A DNA stretch of 12,288 nt. Source: Chlorokybus atmophyticus. Taxonomy: Eukaryota; Plantae; Mesostigma and Chlorokybus algae. Below the pieces are notes generated by a model. That model had not been told where the DNA came from, searched no databases, and saw only the letters and a list, made by a program, of their open reading frames with translations. Shown in pieces: positions 7,831 through 12,288 of the stretch (positions are counted from its first letter, which is position 1; the number at the start of each line of letters is the position of its first letter). Both the position numbers and the translations under genes were made by a program. The stretch covers positions 1 to 12,288 of the forward strand of contig RHPI01001536.1 in the NCBI GenBank assembly GCA_009103225.1, read 5' to 3'.

Positions 7831-8693
7831 TGGCAGCTGTGCGTGAGGGTTACGACGTAATGGTTCGTGTTGGTGGTCAAAGCTGTCTGAAACTGCAAGA
7901 CTTGCCTGGTCGAGAGCTCGATCGATGGCCCAAGCCCCCACCCCTTCTGATCACACGCACACCAATAGACTCAAACGGAAGACGTTGCAGGCCGCGCGCA
8001 CTGGATCTCTTTTGCGGCGCTGGTGGTGTAGCCATGGGTCTGTACAGGGCAGGGTTTGATGTTGAGGGCATCGACAACAAGCCACAACCGTCATACCCAT
8101 TCAAGTTCTGCCAGATGGATGCAATGGACGCTGACCCGACAGCATACGCTGCGGTGTGGGCAAGTCCTCCATGTCAAGCTCTAAGTGGGGCCATTCCCAC
8201 TACACAGCGCTCCGCGTACGGCAATCGATGGGAGCACGTCAACCTGATTGACCCCATAAGAGCCAAGTTGCAGTTGAGCGGCAAGCCATGGGTGATAGAG
8301 AATGTCGCAGGCGCATCAGGACACATGACAACTCACCTGAAGCTGTGTGGCACCATGTTCAAGTTGGATGTGTATCGTCATCGCATCTTCGAGACAAACC
8401 CTCCACTGCACTCAGACTTGAAATGCAACCACACTGGTTGTGCACTTGGAGAGCTGGCCACCCACCCGGAGCAGCGCCGGCAGTTGCTACCTGGGGAGAG
8501 GCAAATTTACCCGGTGTACGGCCAAGCATCCTGCCGTGGCACGATTGCAGGGTGGCAGTCTGCCATGCAGGTGGAGTGGATGGATGCGGAATCGGAAGTC
8601 AAGAATGCCATTCCACCAACTTACTCTGAACATGTAGGCAGGCTGTTGCTGGAAGCAATAGGCTTCACTGTTGATTACCCTCCTTTTTACTGA
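7756..8693 (+). CDS. C5-cytosine DNA methyltransferase, compact bacterial/phage type; terminal exon of a Tudor-MTase fusion
   Basis: Motif I LDLFCGAGG (8001-8027), II/III GID...DAMD, IV WASPPCQ (catalytic Cys within 8163-8177), VI VIENV (8292-8306), VIII LCGTMF...YRHRIFE, IX/X AMQVEWM...EVKNAIPPTYSEHVG. Uninterrupted to TGA at 8691-8693. Confidence 0.93.
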
Positions 8694-8780
8694 AAGGTAG
8701 AGGTAGCTCTTGATTGCTGGCCACTTTGTTAGCCTGAACTCAAACCCAACAACAGAATGAGCGACCCAATAAAGTCAGCA

Positions 8781-9978
8781 AGAGGTCTTAATCACGAGGA
8801 TGCCTCTGTTTGCCAGCACGGGAAAGACTGACCTGCTGGGCAGGGTCTCTTCCAGAGCACCTTCATGCCCTGTTGCGCCGTCCGCCCACCCGAGACTAGA
8901 CCTCCTGCGGGTTCACTGCGAACGCAGGGTATGGTCCAACCAAAGCTGACTCGCGAAAGTCATGAACCAGAGGCTCTGAGCATGTGCACAAAGTCTACAG
9001 TACGTGACTTGCGCGAGACGGCTCTGCAGGACCACATCCTGCGTTCAAAGTAAACCCGCAGGAGGTTTTGTGTCGGGTGGGTGGGCGGAGAAGGAGAACT
9101 TCTAGGTTGCTGTGCGCATGCCTTTGGTTGCGTGCAATCTTTGGACACATGCCCGGTTTCAGCGGTTGCCGGGGCCAGTACGAGGGCGTGCCAGTACGAG
9201 GGCGGCATGTCAACAGCAGCAAGAGGTGTTCTCTTGGGTGGGTGGGGGGAGAAGGACTGACAGCCTGAGTTGCCATATCACAAACAGCAACCCAACCCCA
9301 GCGGCAGGTACAACCGTCGTCCATCCAAAAGCCCTGGAGCAGATCGCGACCAACAAGTTCCATGCAGAGGCTGGAGGTGGTTGAGAAGGTGAAATGCAAT
9401 CACAGTTAGTATATGCACGAGAGCGATGCATACCTCATGACTTACTGCGGACTTCTGTTACCACCTCCACTCTACAAGTGCTGTCACACTTACCTGTGCG
9501 CCGTGACTGCATACAAACAGCAGCCAGCAAGGCTCCCAAGGCGGTGCATTCGCAGTGAACCCGCGTGCAGTCGGGATGATCCTAAGCATACAAGGACAGG
9601 CAGATGTGGGTGATTGCGTTTTGCTGCAATCATTCAACACACACAGACAGTCAGCTAAAGCTAACACACTCTATCCTGTACAAAGACCACGAGATTGTCT
9701 TTCCTCTATCCTGTCATGTCAAGCTCCTGTCATGTCACCTGGAAGAACACCTCCACTTCCTGCTGGTTAGCAGCGAAAGCAGGTGGCACAGGCAAGAAGG
9801 GGGCAAGAAAGTGAGCAAGAAGGGGGCTTAATCACAGGGTGATGCCCCTACGCTCTGCATACAAAGACAGAATGAGCAAGCAGAGGGCTTATTCACGAGG
9901 ATGCCTCTGCATTCAGCATGAGCTCAGACCCGAATCGGGAATGAGAAAACAGAGGGCTAAATCTAGAAGATGCTTCTG
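8781..9978 (+). repeat. Dispersed ~28-bp direct repeat AGAGG(T/G)CTTA(A/T)TCACGAGGATGCCTCTG, 4 copies
   Basis: Copies at 8781-8808, 9821-9849 (degenerate), 9882-9909 and 9951-9978. The three better copies have self-complementary ends (AGAGG...CCTCT, or CTTCT with a G-U pair). Confidence 0.7.
8881..9089. repeat. Imperfect inverted repeat (fold-back): arms about 8881-8936 and 9030-9089, about 93-nt spacer
   Basis: The left arm TCCGCCCACC--CGAGACTAGACCTCCTGCGGGTTCACTGCGAACGCAGGGTATGGTC aligns to the reverse complement of the right arm at roughly 80% identity by eye. Confidence 0.85.
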
Positions 9979-10072
9979 TGTTCAGCTTGAATTAATATAT
10001 ACACTTACACATGAGGTTGGCCCTGCAAAGCTGGTAGTCGTGAAGTGAACAACCTCAAGGTTGCTGTCACAG

Positions 10073-10905
10073 CTACCTCTGCTGCTGCGGCTGCTGCTGC
10101 TGCTGTGTTTCCTTCTGCTCCCGCCGCTGCTTTCGCTGCTCCTTTCCCTGCTGAGCCATTCGCTTTATCTGTTGGCGCTCCTCCTCCTTCTGCCGCTTCA
10201 GCTGCTTACGCAGCTGCTCCTGCTGCTCAAGGGTCTCCTGTGCAGCTATCATCTCCTGCTCACGCTGATATGCAGCTTGATGTGCCAGCTTCTTGCCCTC
10301 CCGATGACTTACGATTTGTTCCAGTCGTTCCAATTTCTGCAACCTGCTTGGCTTTGCCGAACTCAAACTTTGAACGATCTAGGAGGTGTGCTTGCTGTTT
10401 AACAAGCAAGGTCCGCTCATAAGTCTTAGCAGCCGACACAAGCAAATCGAACTGATCAGCATTCCAATCTTGGTTGCAAGGACCCTTGGGCACGCCAATG
10501 CGCACTACTTTCCTGAGTCCCTGGAGAAACAGTTGTAGTTTAAGGGCCTTAGGCACCAGCTCAACGCAGGTGTTTGCCACCCCGCACAATTGTGCAAACT
10601 GCGCGTGATATTCGTCCACGGTGCGCTCCCCCTGTTGCACACGATGCAGCTTCTGGAAAGCACCGGAAGGCGTGTTGTCCCTTTGCAAAGCAGCTCGCTG
10701 TTGGCGGCGTGACGGGCGGCGTCTGCGTTTCTTGGGGTCACTGGTGTCACTGGTTGCTGCGGTGCTGATGTCAATTGACATATCACTGATAGCATCAGCC
10801 TCCTCCTCAACAGCGGCATCAACCTGCATAGCGCCAGCCTCCTGCTGGCTCCTGGCCTCAGCCTCCTGCCTTTGCTGGTCTTTAGCCTCGTTGGCCTTAG
10901 CCTCC
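10073..10905 (-). pseudogene. Second copy of the gag-like ORF (10905-10260) plus an overlapping +1-frame Gln/Glu/Lys coiled-coil ORF (about 10380-10073)
   Basis: Same gag translation as 11428-12073. Coding-like content switches frame near 10380-10365 into SSAKPSRLQKLERLEQ...QQQQPQQQR*. Confidence 0.55.
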
Positions 10906-12073
10906 NNNNNNNNNNNNNNNNNNNNNNNNNNNNNNNNNNNNNNNNNNNNNNNNNNNNNNNNNNNNNNNNNNNNNNNNNNNNNNNNNNNNNNNNNNNNNNN
11001 NNNNNNNNNNNNNNNNNNNNNNNNNNNNNNNNNNNNNNNNNNNNNNNNNNNNNNNNNNNNNNNNNNNNNNNNNNNNNNNNNNNNNNNNNNNNNNNNNNNN
11101 NNNNNNNNNNNNNNNNNNNNNNNNNNNNNNNNNNNNNNNNNNNNNNNNNNNNNNNNNNNNNNNNNNNNNNNNNNNNNNNNNNNNNNNNNNNNNNNNNNNN
11201 NNNNNNNNNNNNNNNNNNNNNNNNNNNNNNNNNNNNNNNNNNNNNNNNNNNNNNNNNNNNNNNNNNNNNNNNNNNNNNNNNNNNNNNNNNNNNNNNNNNN
11301 NNNNNNNNNNNNNNNNNNNNNNNNNNNNNNNNNNNNNNNNNNNNNNNNNNNNNNNNNNNNCCGCTTCAGCTGCTTACGCAGCTGCTCCTGCTGCTCAAGG
11401 GTCTCCTGTGCAGCTATCATCTCCTGCTCACGCTGATATGCAGCTTGATGTGCCAGCTTCTTGCCCTCCCGATGACTTACGATTTGTTCCAGTCGTTCCA
11501 ATTTCTGCAACCTGCTTGGCTTTGCCGAACTCAAACTTTGAACGATCTAGGAGGTGTGCTTGCTGTTTAACAAGCAAGGTCCGCTCATAAGTCTTAGCAG
11601 CCGACACAAGCAAATCGAACTGATCAGCATTCCAATCTTGGTTGCAAGGACCCTTGGGCACGCCAATGCGCACTACTTTCCTGAGTCCCTGGAGAAACAG
11701 TTGTAGTTTAAGGGCCTTAGGCACCAGCTCAACGCAGGTGTTTGCCACCCCGCACAATTGTGCAAACTGCGCATGATATTCGTCCACGGTGCGCTCCCCC
11801 TGTTGCACACGATGCAGCTTCTGGAAAGCACCGGAAGGCGTGTTGTCCCTTTGCAAAGCAGCTCGCTGTTGGCGGCGTGACGGGCGGCGTCTGCGTTTCT
11901 TGGGGTCACTGGTGTCACTGGTTGCTGCGGTGCTGATGTCAATTGACATATCAGTGATAGCATCAGCCTCCTCCTCAACAGCGGCATCAACCTGCATAGC
12001 GCCAGCCTCCTGCTGGCTCCTGGCCTCAGCCTCCTGCCTTTGCTGGTCTTTAGTCTCGTTGGCCTTAGCCTCC
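10193..12073. repeat. Near-identical 713-bp duplication (10193-10905 vs 11361-12073, offset 1168) flanking the assembly gap
   Basis: Only three differences were seen: 10605 g / 11773 a, 10786 c / 11954 g, 10886 c / 12054 t. Confidence 0.9.
10906..11360. other. Assembly gap (455 N)
   Basis: Run of n characters. Confidence 1.
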
Positions 12074-12288
12074 GCCTCCTGCCTCTGCTTGGCCTCGGCC
12101 TCCTCCTGCTTGGCCTTAGCATTGGCCTCATCCTGCTTGGCCTTGGCCTCCTCCTGCTGCTGCTTGGCCTCGGCCTCTAGCCTCTGCTTGGCCTTGGCAT
12201 TGGCCTCATCCAGCTTGGCCTTGGCCTCCGCCTCCTGCCGCTGCTTGGCCTGCTGCTTGGCCTCCTGCTTGGCCTGCTTGGCCTCGGC
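11428..12288 (-). CDS. Gag-like protein (Retrotrans_gag-type capsid segment) with N-terminal EAK/Q coiled-coil repeats; 5' partial
   Basis: The frame is open from the window end to TGA at 11428. FQKLHRVQQGERTVDEYHAQFAQLC...LQLFLQGLRKVVR...LVSAAKTYE resembles the retrotransposon gag major-homology region. A basic KKRRRRPSRR stretch (NLS-like) precedes it. Confidence 0.6.
   Translation of the reverse strand, partial: AEAKQAKQEAKQQAKQRQEAEAKAKLDEANAKAKQRLEAEAKQQQEEAKAKQDEANAKAKQEEAEAKQRQEAEAKANETKDQQRQEAEARSQQEAGAMQVDAAVEEEADAITDMSIDISTAATSDTSDPKKRRRRPSRRQQRAALQRDNTPSGAFQKLHRVQQGERTVDEYHAQFAQLCGVANTCVELVPKALKLQLFLQGLRKVVRIGVPKGPCNQDWNADQFDLLVSAAKTYERTLLVKQQAHLLDRSKFEFGKAKQVAEIGTTGTNRKSSGGQEAGTSSCISA
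12074..12288 (-). repeat. Coding low-complexity repeat (GAGGCCAAG / CAGGAG units; about 26-aa EAKAKQDEANAKAKQ..EAEAKQ.QE period)
   Basis: Direct translation: AEAKQAKQEAKQQAKQRQEAEAKAKLDEANAKAKQRLEAEAKQQQEEAKAKQDEANAKAKQEEAEAKQRQEA. Confidence 0.85.

Larger units (their letters stand above)
1..8693. mobile_element. Composite CACTA/EnSpm-superfamily DNA transposon region: transposase-PHD/C5HCH-Ulp1 gene plus divergent Tudor-C5-MTase gene; boundaries not seen
   Basis: CACTA transposase motifs on the minus strand, plus cargo domains of kinds often captured by TEs. No CACTA...TAGTG terminus or 3-bp TSD was found, and the left end runs out of the window. Including the MTase is inferred from its head-to-head proximity. 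Confidence 0.6.

Noticed and set aside
7756-8693. Bacterial contamination or a restriction-modification system
   Set aside because: The MTase is joined through GT-AG introns to a Tudor exon in continuous intron-rich eukaryotic sequence. No cognate endonuclease, operon or RBS is seen.
8881-9089. Firm MITE call for the fold-back
   Set aside because: No target-site duplication flanks the arms, and the motif recurs elsewhere in the interval.
8694-10072. CACTA terminal inverted repeat or TSD marking the right end
   Set aside because: No TAGTG-type terminus was found. CAGTG at 9553-9557 is internal to a repeated motif and cannot be paired without the other end.
10045-11570. Plus-strand Ala/Leu-rich ORFs and ORFs translated through the N run (10260..11534, 10621..11436, 10872..11570)
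   Set aside because: They are antisense shadows of CAG/GAG-rich coding repeats, or artefacts of reading across the gap.

Overview
Eukaryotic genomic DNA, intron-rich, with mostly 60-110 nt GT-AG introns ending in (T)GCAG/CACAG. The style suggests a green alga, which is inference only. The ORF track fragments three spliced or broken genes. (1) Minus strand, 6775 to <1: about 23 exons joined in consistent phase encode a CACTA/EnSpm transposase (Transposase_21, DUF4218 and DUF4216-like regions, DDE residues retained). It continues in frame into an NSD-type PHD-C5HCH tandem zinc finger, an acidic SIM-like linker and a Ulp1/SENP SUMO-protease domain. This copy carries about 4 internal stops and 3 frameshifts. 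(2) Plus strand, head-to-head, about 7066-8693: a Cys/His-rich N-terminus, a split Tudor domain and an intronless, compact bacterial/phage-type C5 cytosine DNA methyltransferase with all catalytic motifs intact. (3) Minus strand, >12288 to about 10073: a gag-like ORF with EAK/Q coiled-coil repeats, present twice (about 99.6% identical) around a 455-N gap, probably an assembly overlap. Between (2) and (3) lie short inverted and hairpin repeats. The most notable feature is a DNA transposon apparently carrying chromatin readers (PHD-C5HCH, Tudor), a DNA methylation writer and a SUMO eraser. Element termini were not found, so linkage of the methyltransferase to the transposon is inferred.
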